Under the pieces are notes generated by a model that saw only the letters and a list, made by a program, of their open reading frames with translations, was not told where the DNA came from and searched no databases. From Candidatus Eiseniibacteriota bacterium (lineage in GTDB: Bacteria > Orphanbacterota > Orphanbacteria > Orphanbacterales > Orphanbacteraceae): a DNA stretch of 39,367 bases. Shown piece by piece: positions 39,227 through 39,367 of this stretch. Position 1 is the first letter of the stretch. Each line of letters begins with the position of its first letter. Both the position numbers and the translations under genes were made by a program. The DNA is taken from positions 1 through 39,367 of the forward strand of contig JBDROZ010000096.1 in assembly GCA_043809585.1 (NCBI GenBank), in the 5' to 3' direction.

Positions 39227-39367
39227 CCTTGATCCGGCAAAAAATCGCGAGTGAAAACGCGCGAGAGTGCGTCAGATGCTGCAGCGCGGAGCATTCACCA
39301 AGCGGAGCATATCCAACGATATGTGAGCATTGGTGAATGCGAGCACTGCGGCAGATGGCGTGCTATC
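39224..39367. repeat. Partial MITE-like palindromic repeat, inverted copy of 1-141
   Basis: Begins tagccttgatc and has the same internal hairpin as the window start. Confidence 0.85.

Noticed and set aside
1-39367. Whole window as one composite transposon between the terminal inverted repeats
   Set aside because: The element termini face inward and further family members are internal; independent copies causing contig breaks is simpler.

Overview
GC-rich bacterial segment. The FlgD-Ig and 'SWGxVKAMFR' C-termini suggest an FCB-group lineage such as Eisenbacteria or Krumholzibacteria (inference). Its centre is an intact comM/YifB gene (6300-7832), followed over about 25 kb by three more copies of only its 3' third (22282, 27102, 31935). 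Copies 2 and 4 start at exactly the same Cys codon of the NPCPCGY zinc-finger motif; copy 3 has a small junction deletion. Each copy is directly preceded by an oppositely oriented XRE-HTH gene or its remnant. This defines a tandem, integron-like array of [comM-3' + cargo + HTH] units with no integrase in the window. Cargo: lipoproteins (beta-propeller, PKD/FGE-sulfatase, one with a DGR-VR-like tail), YggL, a TPR-kinase/FixJ pair with a secreted protein, and a SpoIIE phosphatase. Also present are an IS1380, an IS66, a broken Y1/RAYT transposase bounded by 14-bp inverted repeats, and a palindromic MITE-like family that forms both window ends and truncates the last comM copy. The flanks are ordinary envelope and transport genes.
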